Of a DNA stretch of 64,000 bases, positions 1 to 9,821 are shown one piece after another. A model generated the notes under the pieces. It did not search any database, was not told where the DNA came from, and worked only from the letters and a program-made list of their open reading frames with translations. The DNA is from Verrucomicrobiota bacterium (GTDB taxonomy: Bacteria; Verrucomicrobiota; Verrucomicrobiia; Opitutales; Opitutaceae). The first letter of the stretch is position 1, and every line of letters begins with the position of its first letter. The translations under genes were made by a program, and so were the position numbers. The DNA lies in the NCBI GenBank assembly GCA_048498955.1, contig JBEHWZ010000015.1, forward strand, positions 23,437-87,436, in the 5' to 3' direction.

Positions 1-1
1 A

Positions 2-472
2 CTCGGTTTCAACTACCGTCTCACCGATCTCCAGGCCGCACTTGGCCTTTCCCAACTCAAGCGCCTCGACACCGTGCTCGCTCGCCGCCGGGAAATTGTC
101 GCTGCGTACAACGCCGCCCTCAGCGGCCTCGATTGGCTCGTGACGCCAGGCCTGCGGATCGCCGCGGATGCAGGCACGACTTCCTGGCACCTCTACGTCG
201 CACAGCTCGACTTCGCCGCCCTCGGCCAGTCGCGCGCCGAGGTGATGAACCGCCTGCGTGCCGCGGGCATCGGCACTCAGGTCCACTACATCCCGGTGCA
301 CCTGCAGCCGTGGTATCGCCAGACGTTCGGCTACGGCCCGGGCAAGTGCCCCGTCGCCGAAGCCTACTACGAGCGCACGCTCAGCCTGCCGCTTTTCCCG
401 GCCATGACCGACGCCGACGTGGCGACGGTGGTCGCCGCCATCCACGCCCTCGCTCCCGTTCCTGTCGCATGA
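2..472 (+). CDS. pseC: DegT/DnrJ/EryC1/StrS aminotransferase, PseC-like (5' truncated)
   Basis: Frame 2 from window edge reads LGFNYRLTDLQAALGLSQLKRLD...HYIPVHLQPWY...LSLPLFPAM; directly upstream of pseF/pseG-like genes. Confidence 0.85.
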   Translation, partial: LGFNYRLTDLQAALGLSQLKRLDTVLARRREIVAAYNAALSGLDWLVTPGLRIAADAGTTSWHLYVAQLDFAALGQSRAEVMNRLRAAGIGTQVHYIPVHLQPWYRQTFGYGPGKCPVAEAYYERTLSLPLFPAMTDADVATVVAAIHALAPVPVA

Positions 473-1173
473 AATCCCTCTGCATCATCCCCGCTCGCGG
501 CGGCTCAAAGCGGATTCCGCGCAAGAACATCCGCTCCTTCCACGGCAAGCCGATCATCGCCTATCCGATCCAGGCCGCACTGCAGTCCGGTTGCTTCGAC
601 GAAGTGATGGTCTCCACCGAGGATCAGGAAATCGCCGCGATCGCGCGCGACTGTGGCGCCACGGTGCCGTTCCTGCGCTCGGCCGAGAATGCCGGCGACC
701 GCGCTGGCAGCGATGAAGTCATCAAGGAAGTCATTCTCCGTTACCGCGAACTCGGCCGCGACTACCCGCAGGTGTGCGGGCTTTACCCGACTGCCGCGCT
801 CGTTACCGCCGCCCAGCTGCGTCAGGGCCGCGAAATGCTGCTGGCCGACCCGACACTCACCTCGGTGCTGCCGGTGCTGCGCTTCTCCTTTCCGATTCAG
901 CGCGCGCTGGTCCGCCGCGCCAATCGCGTGCCGCTGCTGCAGCCGGAACATTACCAGTCGAGCAGCCAGGATCTCGAACCGGCCTACCACGACGCCGGCC
1001 AGTGGTACTGGCTGAACAGCGAGCGCTTTCTCCAGAACGGCGAATTCATGGGCGAGAACTCCAACGGCCTCGTGCTGTCCGCGATGGAAGCACAGGACAT
1101 CGACAGCGAGGACGACTGGGCGGTCGCCGAACTCAAATTTCAACTCGCGCGCCTCCGCGCCGCTGCCGCATGA
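469..1173 (+). CDS. pseF: CMP-nonulosonate synthetase (cytidylyltransferase), PseF-like
   Basis: CIIPARGGSKRIPRKNI, DAGQWYW and DIDSEDDW motifs; ATGA overlap with pseC stop. Confidence 0.9.
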   Translation: MKSLCIIPARGGSKRIPRKNIRSFHGKPIIAYPIQAALQSGCFDEVMVSTEDQEIAAIARDCGATVPFLRSAENAGDRAGSDEVIKEVILRYRELGRDYPQVCGLYPTAALVTAAQLRQGREMLLADPTLTSVLPVLRFSFPIQRALVRRANRVPLLQPEHYQSSSQDLEPAYHDAGQWYWLNSERFLQNGEFMGENSNGLVLSAMEAQDIDSEDDWAVAELKFQLARLRAAAA

Positions 1174-2213
1174 AAAAGCCCGGTCTTCTTCTCCTCCGCG
1201 CCGACGCCAGTGCCGAAATCGGCACCGGCCACATCATGCGCTGCCTCGCACTGGCCCAAGCCTGGCAGGACGCCGGTGGTCTCGCGCTCTTTGTGGCGTC
1301 CGTCATTCCCGCCGCGCTCATCGCCCGGCTGCGGCGCGAAAACATCGCCCTTGTCCAGATCGCGGCCGAACGCGGCAGCGCAGCCGATGCCAAGGCGACG
1401 ATCGCGCTCGCGCACGAGCGCAACGTCGCGTGGGTCGTGCTGGATGGCTACTGCTTCGACGCGGCCTATGCCGACGCGTTGCGCTCGGCGGGCCTGCGCC
1501 TGCTCGCGCTCGACGACATGAACCATCTCGACCGTTACCCGGTCGACGTGCTGCTCAACCAGAACCTCAGCGCCCAAGCCGCGCTCTACGCCGGCAAGGT
1601 GGGGGAGGAAACCGCGCTGCTGCTCGGGCCGCGTTACAGCCTGCTGCGCCGTGAATTTCGCGCCGCCCCGGCGCGCGTGACCGATGCGACGCGCACGGGT
1701 CTGCGCGTGATGGTCAGCTTCGGGGGCGGCGATGCCGAGAATTACAGCGCCGCGGTGCTCGCCAATCTCGCTGCTTCCGGCCGGCGCGACCTCGAGGTCG
1801 TGGTCCTCGCCGGCGCGGCCAACCCGCATGTCTTTTCGCTCCAGCAACTCGCCGCCTCGCTGCCGTTCCAGTGCGAGATCCGCGTGAACGTGGAGAACGT
1901 CGCCGCCGTCATGGCCTGGGCCGACGTCGCCATCACCGCGGCGGGCTCGACCGTCTGGGAACTGGCCGCGATGCAGCTGCCGGCGTTGATCGGCGCCCAT
2001 GAGGAGAACCAGCTCGCCGGCCTGGCGACGTTGCAGTCCGTACCGTTCTTCCGCGCTTGTCCGGTCGGCGGGCTCTTTGCCTGCGACCTCGCCGCCGAAC
2101 TCACTGCGCTCGCCGCGCTGCGCGCTCCTTCCTCCGATTTCGATACTCAGGGCGCCGTGCGCGTCGTCGCCGCCCTTCAATCCGCCCTCACTCCCGCTCT
2201 TCTTTCCGCATGA
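1170..2213 (+). CDS. pseG: UDP-diacetamido-trideoxy-altropyranose hydrolase, PseG-like
   Basis: RADASAEIGTGHIMRCLALA N-terminus, VLDGY, DD, SFGGGD and AAGSTVWE motifs; ATGA overlap. Confidence 0.88.
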   Translation: MKKPGLLLLRADASAEIGTGHIMRCLALAQAWQDAGGLALFVASVIPAALIARLRRENIALVQIAAERGSAADAKATIALAHERNVAWVVLDGYCFDAAYADALRSAGLRLLALDDMNHLDRYPVDVLLNQNLSAQAALYAGKVGEETALLLGPRYSLLRREFRAAPARVTDATRTGLRVMVSFGGGDAENYSAAVLANLAASGRRDLEVVVLAGAANPHVFSLQQLAASLPFQCEIRVNVENVAAVMAWADVAITAAGSTVWELAAMQLPALIGAHEENQLAGLATLQSVPFFRACPVGGLFACDLAAELTALAALRAPSSDFDTQGAVRVVAALQSALTPALLSA

Positions 2214-3229
2214 ACCCCGACCGCTGTCTTCTCATCGCCGAAATCGGCATCAATCACAACGGCGACATGGCCCTCGCCGAGACGATGGTCCGTGCTGCCG
2301 CCGCGGCCGGTGCCGATGCGGTGAAATTCCAGAATTACCGCACGGAGGATTTCCTGAGCGATCACACGCTCCAGTACACGTATCGCAGCGAAGGCCGCGA
2401 GGTGACCGAATCGCAGTTCGCGATGTTCAAGCGCTGCGAGCTCAGCGATGTCGACCTCCTGCGCCTCAAACGCTGCTGCGATGCCGCGGGCGTGATGTTC
2501 TTCAGCACCCCGACCAACACGGCGGGCGTGGACGCTGTCGTCGCCGCGGGTGGCGCCTACCTTAAGAACGGCTCGGACTATCTCGGCCACCTGCCGCTGA
2601 TCCGCCACATGGCGCGCAGTGGCGTGCCCACGATTCTGTCGACCGGCATGGCGACGGAGGAAGAAGTCGCCGAAGCCGTCGCCGCATTCCGCGAGGCCGG
2701 TGGCACCGATCTCACGCTGCTCGCCTGTACCTCGGCGTATCCGACTCCACCGTCCGATGTTAACCTGCGCCGCATCCCGGCGCTGGCCCAGAAGTACGGC
2801 TGCCGCGCGGGTTTCAGCGACCACACCGCAGGCTGGGAAGCGGCGGTTGCCTCCGTGGTTCTCGGGGCCTGCATGGTCGAAAAACATTTCACGACCGACC
2901 GCCACCTGCCGGGTCCGGACCAATGGTTCTCGTCGGATGCGACGGAGTTCGCGGAATTGGTGCGCCGCGTGCGCGAAGCCGAGGTCATGTTGGGCACCGC
3001 GAGCCAGCAGCCGACCGCCGCCGAGGCGCGCTCGCGCATTGAGTTCCGCCTGGCCTGCGTTGCGGCCGCCGACCTGCCGAGCGGCCACGTCGTGACCGAA
3101 CAGGACATCGCTTTCCGCCGTCCCGCGACCGGGCTGGCTCCGTCGCAGGCCGACTCCATCCACGGCCGCCGCCTCGCGCGCGGGCTCAAGCGCGGTGAGC
3201 CGTTCGTCCTCCAGGCTTTCGCCGCATGA
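2210..3229 (+). CDS. Nonulosonic acid synthase (NeuB/PseI/LegI family) with C-terminal SAF domain
   Basis: IAEIGINHNGD, ADAVKFQ, ILSTGMAT, CTSAYP, GFSDHT and VEKHFT motifs. Confidence 0.9.
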   Translation: MNPDRCLLIAEIGINHNGDMALAETMVRAAAAAGADAVKFQNYRTEDFLSDHTLQYTYRSEGREVTESQFAMFKRCELSDVDLLRLKRCCDAAGVMFFSTPTNTAGVDAVVAAGGAYLKNGSDYLGHLPLIRHMARSGVPTILSTGMATEEEVAEAVAAFREAGGTDLTLLACTSAYPTPPSDVNLRRIPALAQKYGCRAGFSDHTAGWEAAVASVVLGACMVEKHFTTDRHLPGPDQWFSSDATEFAELVRRVREAEVMLGTASQQPTAAEARSRIEFRLACVAAADLPSGHVVTEQDIAFRRPATGLAPSQADSIHGRRLARGLKRGEPFVLQAFAA

Positions 3230-4170
3230 GTGAGCCGCTCAAAGTTCTCTTTCTCGGCAACCACACCGTCGGTGTGCGCACCCTGCAGGTCCTGCAGCGC
3301 GACGCGCGTATCGTCGGCGCGGTGGCGCATCCGGATGATCCGGAAGATGGCGTTCGCTACGAATCCGTTTTCGTCGAAGCGGGCCGCCTGGGCGTGCCGG
3401 TAGTGCGCATGGCCGGACGCAATCCGGGCCTGGCGGATTTCGTACGCTCGTGCGCACCGGATCTCATCTGGATTACGGATTATCGTTATATCATCGGCGC
3501 CGACATCATCGCCCTCGCGCCTCTCGGTGCCGTGAATCTGCACCCGAGCATCCTGCCGGCCTATCGCGGCCGCGCTTCGATCAACTGGGCCATTCTCCGC
3601 GGCGAAACCCGTTTGGGGCTCTCGGCGCATTTCGTCGATGTCGGCATGGACACCGGCGACGCGATCGCGCACCGCGCTTACGACTTGGCGCAGAACGAGG
3701 ATGTCGGCGATGCACTCAACCACCTTTATCCGCTCTACGAGACGCTGACGGCGGAAGTGCTCGGCTATTTCCGCGCCGGGCAGGTGCCGCGGCTGGTGCA
3801 GGATCACACCCAGGCCACGGCTTTCCCGCGTCGCACGGCGGACGATGGTCGCGTCGATTGGACGCGCCCCGCCCGGGAAGTTTGGAATTTGATCCGCGCC
3901 GTGGCCGCGCCTTATCCGGGCGCCTTTACCGCGTGGGGCGACAGCCGCCTGTTCCTTTGGAAAGTGTCCGGCATCGAACGCTTCGCGGCCCGGACGCATC
4001 CGTCTCCGGGCACCGTGCTGGCGCTGTCCGCCGACCGCCGTTCCCTGACGGTCGCCTGTGGCGATGCGGCGCTTGTGATCACCAGTTACACCGCCGGCGA
4101 GACCGGCAGCGCGATGCTCTCCCAAGGAGCCGTGCTGGGTGAACCCGTTTTGCTGGAGGCCTCGGCCTGA
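3226..4170 (+). CDS. N10-formyl-THF-dependent sugar N-formyltransferase (Fmt/ArnA-N-like)
   Basis: NLHPSILPAYRGRASINWAILRGE, MDTGD and PYPGAF; Asn/His/Asp triad intact. Confidence 0.85.
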   Translation: MSEPLKVLFLGNHTVGVRTLQVLQRDARIVGAVAHPDDPEDGVRYESVFVEAGRLGVPVVRMAGRNPGLADFVRSCAPDLIWITDYRYIIGADIIALAPLGAVNLHPSILPAYRGRASINWAILRGETRLGLSAHFVDVGMDTGDAIAHRAYDLAQNEDVGDALNHLYPLYETLTAEVLGYFRAGQVPRLVQDHTQATAFPRRTADDGRVDWTRPAREVWNLIRAVAAPYPGAFTAWGDSRLFLWKVSGIERFAARTHPSPGTVLALSADRRSLTVACGDAALVITSYTAGETGSAMLSQGAVLGEPVLLEASA

Positions 4171-4173
4171 GTC

Positions 4174-5208
4174 ATGGAAACGATCCCGCACAACCGTCTG
4201 ACCTTTGGCCCTGAGGAAGAACAGGCCGTGGCGCGCGTCGTGCGCTCCGGTCGTTGGGCGGCGGGCAGTGTGCTCGTCGAACTCGAGGCGCGGATGGCGC
4301 GCGAGGCGGGAGTGGCCTTTGCCGTGGGCGTGAGCTCCGGTGTTTCCGCGCTGCGGCTTTCGTTGCTGGCGCTGGGGGTGGGACCGGGCGATGTGGTGGC
4401 GGTGCCGGCGTATTCATGCGTGGCGCTGGCCAACGCGGTGTTGGCGTGCGGTGCGGCGCCCGTGCCGGTCGACGTCGATCCGCATACTTGGAATCTTTCC
4501 GTCGCGGGCCTGCGCGCGGCGATTGCGCAGCAGCCGAAGCTTCGGGCCGCAATTGCCGTCCACAGCTTCGGCGCCGTGGCGCCAGTGCGCGATTTGGAAG
4601 CGCTAGGTCTGCCGGTCATTGAAGATTGTTCGCACGCCTTTGGCCGCGCCCCGCTCGGCCGGCTTGGCCGGGTGGCGATGCTGTCGCTTTACGCCACCAA
4701 GTTGCTGGGTGCGGGCGAGGGCGGCATGATTCTCACCGATGACGCCGGGCTGGCGGATTTCGCCCGTCGTTCCCGCGACTACGCGGATCAGGGGCCGAGC
4801 ACCATGCGCCTGAACGACAAGATGACCGATCTCGAGGCCGCGCTTGCCCTCTGCCAGCTCGACCGCCTGCCGCAAACTCTCGCCCGCCGCGAGGCGCTCG
4901 CGGCGCGGTACACCCAGGCTCTGGCCGGGGTGGAGGGCGAACTGCCCGTGAATCAGGACAGCCGGGTCTGGTATCGCTATGCCTTCGCCGCCCGTGACGA
5001 CGCCGGCGAGGTCGTTGCCCGCCTGGCGGATCGTGGAATTGCGGCGGCGCGCCCGGTCGAAGACTGGTCCGCGAGCGCCCTGCCGGTGAGCACGCGGGCG
5101 TTCCAGCAACTCGTTTCCCTGCCATTGTACCCGACGCTGACCTCCGACGAGCAGGACCGCGTCATTGCCGCCGTCCAGGCTGCCATCCCGTTCCCCCTTT
5201 CCGCATGA
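4174..5208 (+). CDS. Second DegT/DnrJ/EryC1/StrS aminotransferase
   Basis: VSSGVSAL, IEDCSHAFG, SLYATKLLGAGEGG (PLP Lys), LPLYP. Confidence 0.88.
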   Translation: METIPHNRLTFGPEEEQAVARVVRSGRWAAGSVLVELEARMAREAGVAFAVGVSSGVSALRLSLLALGVGPGDVVAVPAYSCVALANAVLACGAAPVPVDVDPHTWNLSVAGLRAAIAQQPKLRAAIAVHSFGAVAPVRDLEALGLPVIEDCSHAFGRAPLGRLGRVAMLSLYATKLLGAGEGGMILTDDAGLADFARRSRDYADQGPSTMRLNDKMTDLEAALALCQLDRLPQTLARREALAARYTQALAGVEGELPVNQDSRVWYRYAFAARDDAGEVVARLADRGIAAARPVEDWSASALPVSTRAFQQLVSLPLYPTLTSDEQDRVIAAVQAAIPFPLSA

Positions 5209-5816
5209 GCACGCCCTTCGCCAACATTGCCGAGTTCTACAACCGCAAGGTCGACCAGTTCGGCCACGACCCGCGTGCCTGCGATTACGGCCGTGCGGAG
5301 TCGCAGCGCCGGAAGTTCGAACTGCTCGCCGAGGCGACCGACTACACCGGCCTCAGCGTGCTGGATGTCGGCTGCGGCTTCGCCGACTACGCGACGTTCC
5401 TGCAGGAGCGCTTCGAGGGCGTTCGTTACAGCGGCATCGATCTTTCCCCGGCCATGATCTCCCGCGCGCAGGCGGTGCACCCGGAGCTCGACCTGCGGGT
5501 GGGCAATATTCTCGAGGAACACGGCGGCGAGACGTACGACATCGTTTCCGCCAACGGCATTTTCTATCTCCTCGGCGAGAATGCGCCGACGCTGATGCGC
5601 CAGCTGGTGCAGGAAATGTTCCGCCGCTGCCGTCATGGCGTGACGTTCAATTCGCTGAGCACCTGGGCGAAGCACCAGGAGCCGGGCGAGTTCTACGCCA
5701 ATCCGGTCGAAGTCGTGGCCTGGTGCCGCGAGATCTCGCCCTACGTGACGCTGCGGCACGACCGTCTGCCGCACGATTTCACCATCCATCTTTTCCGGGA
5801 GGCGACGCAGTCATGA
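5205..5816 (+). CDS. Class I SAM-dependent methyltransferase
   Basis: VLDVGCGFAD motif I, YSGIDLSPAMI, YDIVSANG. Confidence 0.85.
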   Translation: MSTPFANIAEFYNRKVDQFGHDPRACDYGRAESQRRKFELLAEATDYTGLSVLDVGCGFADYATFLQERFEGVRYSGIDLSPAMISRAQAVHPELDLRVGNILEEHGGETYDIVSANGIFYLLGENAPTLMRQLVQEMFRRCRHGVTFNSLSTWAKHQEPGEFYANPVEVVAWCREISPYVTLRHDRLPHDFTIHLFREATQS

Positions 5817-6514
5817 TCGTTTCGATCAACCAGCCCGCCTACCTGCCCTGGCTCGGGTATTTCGAGCGCATCGCCGCCTCGGATCTTCACGTCGTGCTCG
5901 ATCACGTGCAGTTCGAGAAGAACAGCTTCACCAACCGCAACAAGGCGCGCACGAAGGAGGGCTCGACGTGGCTCAGCATCCCTCTCTCAACCAAGGGCAA
6001 GTTCGGCGACCTCGCGATCAACGCGCTGGAGTTCGCCGCCAACGATCCCTGGGCGAAGAAGCACTGGGCGACGCTGCGCATGAATTACGGCAAGGCGCCG
6101 TTCTTCAAGCAGTACGCTCCGGCCTACGAGGCGCTCTACATGCAGAGCTGGACGAGCTTCATGCCGATGGTGCGTGCGTTCCTCGAGCAGCACTTGCGCG
6201 ATCTGCAGATCGAGACGCCGCTGCGCTTCAGTTCCGAAATGGCGATCGCCGGCACTAAGAGTGAATTGGTGCTGAACCTGTGCCGCGCCACTGGCGCCAC
6301 GACCTATCTTTCCGGTGCGCTCGGCCGCAACTACCTCGACGAAGCTTCGTTCACGGCGGCGAGCCTCGGCGTGCGGTATCAGGACTACGCGCATCCGACC
6401 TACACCCAGTGCCAGCCGGGCTTCGAACCGTACATGGGCATTCTCGATCTGATCTTCAACCATGGTCCCGCGAGCCGGGACATCCTGCGGTCGCGCGCCG
6501 CCCTTGCCGCATGA
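5813..6514 (+). CDS. WbqC-like family protein
   Basis: MIVSINQPAYLPWLGYFERI, DHVQF...NRN, YLSG and SILD-like ILDLIFNHG motifs. Confidence 0.85.
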   Translation: MIVSINQPAYLPWLGYFERIAASDLHVVLDHVQFEKNSFTNRNKARTKEGSTWLSIPLSTKGKFGDLAINALEFAANDPWAKKHWATLRMNYGKAPFFKQYAPAYEALYMQSWTSFMPMVRAFLEQHLRDLQIETPLRFSSEMAIAGTKSELVLNLCRATGATTYLSGALGRNYLDEASFTAASLGVRYQDYAHPTYTQCQPGFEPYMGILDLIFNHGPASRDILRSRAALAA

Positions 6515-7191
6515 ACGTTCTCGTCATCGCCGCTCATCCTGACGACGAAGTCCTCGGCTGTGGGGGCACGATCGCCCGTTACGCCCAGGAAGGCCACGCC
6601 GTCTCGATTCTCATTCTCGCCAATGGCCTGACGTCCCGCGTGGACTTCGACCCCGCGCGCGATGGCGCCAAGCTGGCGGTCCACCACGACCGCGCGCGCC
6701 GCGCCGCCGCGCTCCTCGGGGCGAAGGACGTGCAACTCGCCGGGTTCCCCGACCAGAAGATGGACACCCTGCCGCTGCTCGACATCACGCACACGATCGA
6801 GCGCGAGATCGCCCGCGTGAAGCCCACGGTGGTGTTCACGCAGCATGGCGGCGACCTGAACATGGATCACGTGATCACGTTCCGTGCGACCCTGACTGCC
6901 ACGCGCCCGATGGCGGGCGGCGTGGTGCGTTCCGTTTTCAGCTACGAAATTCCTTCCTCCACCGACTGGTCCTTCCAGCAATTCGAGCCCCGCTTCACGC
7001 CGTCGGTTTTCCACGACATCGCCCCGCATCTCGAGGCCAAGATCGCTGCGATGCAAATCTACGAGAGCGAGGCTCGCGCCTTTCCTCATCCCCGTTCCCC
7101 CGAAGCCCTGCGCGCCAACGCCCAGCGCTGGGGCAGCGCCGTCGGCTACCACGCCGCCGAGGCTTTCCACTGCGTGCGCGACCTGCGCTGA
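6511..7191 (+). CDS. PIG-L/LmbE family N-deacetylase
   Basis: VLVIAAHPDDEVLGCGG; DLNMDH; YESE. Confidence 0.88.
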   Translation: MNVLVIAAHPDDEVLGCGGTIARYAQEGHAVSILILANGLTSRVDFDPARDGAKLAVHHDRARRAAALLGAKDVQLAGFPDQKMDTLPLLDITHTIEREIARVKPTVVFTQHGGDLNMDHVITFRATLTATRPMAGGVVRSVFSYEIPSSTDWSFQQFEPRFTPSVFHDIAPHLEAKIAAMQIYESEARAFPHPRSPEALRANAQRWGSAVGYHAAEAFHCVRDLR

Positions 7192-7219
7192 AAATTTAAA
7201 ATCACCCGATTCCGAGCCC

Positions 7220-9814
7220 ATGAACTACCAATCCGTTCTCCGCAAACAAGGCACGATGGCCAACATCCGCATGATCACCGACACGCTGGATGTGCGGGCG
7301 CGCACCGCCATCGACATCGGCTGCGATGCCGGCAGCTATTCAGCCCATCTGTCCAACCTCGGATTGAAGGTCGACGCTTACGACCCGGATGCCTCCGCGG
7401 TTGAGGAGGCCCGCCAGTTTTTCCTGAGCAACATGACGCCGGTGAAGCTGAAGCACCAGCTGTTCACGCTCGAGGACGTGCGCAAGATGCCGGTGTACGA
7501 CGTGTCGCTGCTGCTGTCGGTTTACCACCAGATCGTGGAGCACAACGGTCTCGAATATGCCAACGAGTACCTGGTCGGGCTCTACCGTCGCACGAAGCAC
7601 CAGCTCTATTTCCAGTCGTGCATGATCCACCTGAAGCACCGCCGGAAGATGCCCTTCGTCGAGAACCACGGTCCGAGCATCCTCGCCTACTTCACGGAAG
7701 TGCTGCGCGCGAGCGGAGAGCCGGTTCATGCGCAGTTTCTCGGTTACTCCCAGAATAATCTGCCGGCGTCGGAGCCGTTCCGTCCGCTCTTCGTTTTCGA
7801 GAAGAGCCCGAAGCGGGAGGTCTTCACGCTGCCGAGCATGCAGACCGGGGGATTTCAGGGCAGTGAGAACCAATTACTCGTGGTCGACATCGACCACGCG
7901 GTCAGCGACCAGACGCTCACCAGCTTTTCGCGCCAGGGCTGGCATCCCTTGCGCGCGGCCTGCGAGGACCTGCAGGCAAAAGCGGCGGATCCGCGGGGGA
8001 AAGCCAGCGCCGGCCTCAAGGCCTACTACGGAAATTTCCAACCGCAGACCGTGGGTGACGTCTGGCAGCGCGCCGGCGTGGCGGGGGATATTGGCGTGCT
8101 CGCGAAGCAACCGGCGGGTCATTACGGCAGCTGGCTGCCGTGGCATCGTTCGAACGACACGCAGGAGAGCATGCAAGCCGGCTACACCGTCATGCCGCGT
8201 CCGCCGGTGGGCGACTGCCACACTTACGGCCCCGTGGCCCCGGAGGTTCCGGAGCAGGAAGCGGCGCGACTGGGCGAGCTGCAGAAAAAACTTTCCGAGG
8301 AAGGGTACGCGCCGGAAATCCATCACGATGGATATATTCGCGGTCAGCTGCTGATTCGCGGTGAGGAAACCCGTTTCCTCGTGCTGGGCGGCCAGCACCG
8401 GCTGGCCGTGCTTTCCACGCTGGGTTACCAGCAGATCGTGGCGCGCTTCGAACCCCGGCGCCTGAGAATGATCGATCTGGCCAAGGTGAGCGAATGGACG
8501 CAGGTCAAAGACGGCACGTATTCGGTGGAGCAGGCCACGGCGATTTTCAACGGCGTGTTCGATGCGACGGGTCTCGGCCTGCGCGACGCGCTGCGGGCGC
8601 GGGCGGCCATCGCGCTGCCGGCGGTGAAGACCTATCAGCTCGTGGCGACCCGCGATAACGGCTGGTCCGATCAATATGGTTCGCTGCACGTCGCGGCGCA
8701 GTATGCCGGCGGCACGCTCGAACCGGGTTACCGGATGAACGCCATCTGGCAGCATGGCTGCGAGGGCCCGTGGGTGGATTTTTCGGCCGACCTGCTCAGC
8801 AACAACACGCCCGGGGCCAAGGAGAAGTTCGTGCTCGTGGCCCGCGAGGAGCAGGCCGCGCTGTTGCGCAGCGCCGGTTATACCGAGGCTCATGCCATCG
8901 GGCTTCCGATCATCTACACGCAGCCGTCGGTCATGGTGCGCCAGCCGCGCAGCCTGCTCGTCATGCCGACGCACACCCTGAACGGGGAAAAACCGGCGGA
9001 TCGTTCCGCGTTCGAAAAGTACGCCGACGAGATCAAGGCGATCGCCGGCAACTTTGCCCGGGTCACGGTTTGCATCCACCCGAGTTGCAAGACCAACGGC
9101 CTGTGGGTGCAAGAGTTCTCCAGCCGCGGATTCGAGATCATCTATGGCGCGCAGAACACCGACCTGAATGCGCTCAACCGGGTGCGCGCGCTCTGCGAGC
9201 AGTTCGAGACGGTCACGACCAACGGCTGGGGCAGCCACGTGGCCTACGCCCTGGCGTTCGGGGCGAAGGTTTCGATTTACGGCACCCAGCCGAAGCGCAC
9301 CGAGGCGGACTATCTTCGCGACACCACCTGGGCGGCTGATCCGGCGGCGCTGAAGAAGTGGCTGTCGGACGAGAGCACGGCCCGCGAACGCGCGTTCCTT
9401 GCCGCCTATTACCAAACGCCCATGCAGGCCGTCGCCAATGTCGAGGAAGGCCGGGCTCTGATCGGCTGGGGCCACCGGGTCTCGCCGGAGCAGATGGGCC
9501 AGCTGCTCGGTATCATTCTCACCGCACCGGTATCGGCGGCGCGCGCCGCCCCCCTGCCGGTTCTCCAGCAGGCCCCCGCGCTGGTCAACACCGGGGCGAA
9601 AGCCGAGGCGATCCTGTTGCTGGTGCGTGCCGCCCAAACGGACGTTGCCTCGAACAACCCGGCCATCGTGCTGGAAAGCCTCGTGGAAATCGCCACGGAT
9701 CTCGCGCCGCTCGAACCCAAGCAGTCGAACTACCTGTTCGCCGAGGCGGAGAAGCGCGCGAAGGCTCAGGGCCTGTCGCTCGAGTTCATGCAGGCGCGCA
9801 CCGCGGCGGCTTGA
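7220..9814 (+). CDS. 864-aa multidomain protein: N-terminal methyltransferase-like, central ParB/Srx-like, C-terminal GT-like region
   Basis: IDIGCDAG near N-terminus; FLVLGGQHRLAVL centrally; VTTNGWGSHVAYALAFGAKV at C-terminus. Domain calls by eye. Confidence 0.55.
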   Translation: MNYQSVLRKQGTMANIRMITDTLDVRARTAIDIGCDAGSYSAHLSNLGLKVDAYDPDASAVEEARQFFLSNMTPVKLKHQLFTLEDVRKMPVYDVSLLLSVYHQIVEHNGLEYANEYLVGLYRRTKHQLYFQSCMIHLKHRRKMPFVENHGPSILAYFTEVLRASGEPVHAQFLGYSQNNLPASEPFRPLFVFEKSPKREVFTLPSMQTGGFQGSENQLLVVDIDHAVSDQTLTSFSRQGWHPLRAACEDLQAKAADPRGKASAGLKAYYGNFQPQTVGDVWQRAGVAGDIGVLAKQPAGHYGSWLPWHRSNDTQESMQAGYTVMPRPPVGDCHTYGPVAPEVPEQEAARLGELQKKLSEEGYAPEIHHDGYIRGQLLIRGEETRFLVLGGQHRLAVLSTLGYQQIVARFEPRRLRMIDLAKVSEWTQVKDGTYSVEQATAIFNGVFDATGLGLRDALRARAAIALPAVKTYQLVATRDNGWSDQYGSLHVAAQYAGGTLEPGYRMNAIWQHGCEGPWVDFSADLLSNNTPGAKEKFVLVAREEQAALLRSAGYTEAHAIGLPIIYTQPSVMVRQPRSLLVMPTHTLNGEKPADRSAFEKYADEIKAIAGNFARVTVCIHPSCKTNGLWVQEFSSRGFEIIYGAQNTDLNALNRVRALCEQFETVTTNGWGSHVAYALAFGAKVSIYGTQPKRTEADYLRDTTWAADPAALKKWLSDESTARERAFLAAYYQTPMQAVANVEEGRALIGWGHRVSPEQMGQLLGIILTAPVSAARAAPLPVLQQAPALVNTGAKAEAILLLVRAAQTDVASNNPAIVLESLVEIATDLAPLEPKQSNYLFAEAEKRAKAQGLSLEFMQARTAAA

Positions 9815-9821
9815 TTGGGCC

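Noticed and set aside
7190-7212. gaaaatttaaaatc after the PIG-L gene as a decayed AGATTT-family arm
   Set aside because: Only two weak units; could be simple AT-rich sequence.
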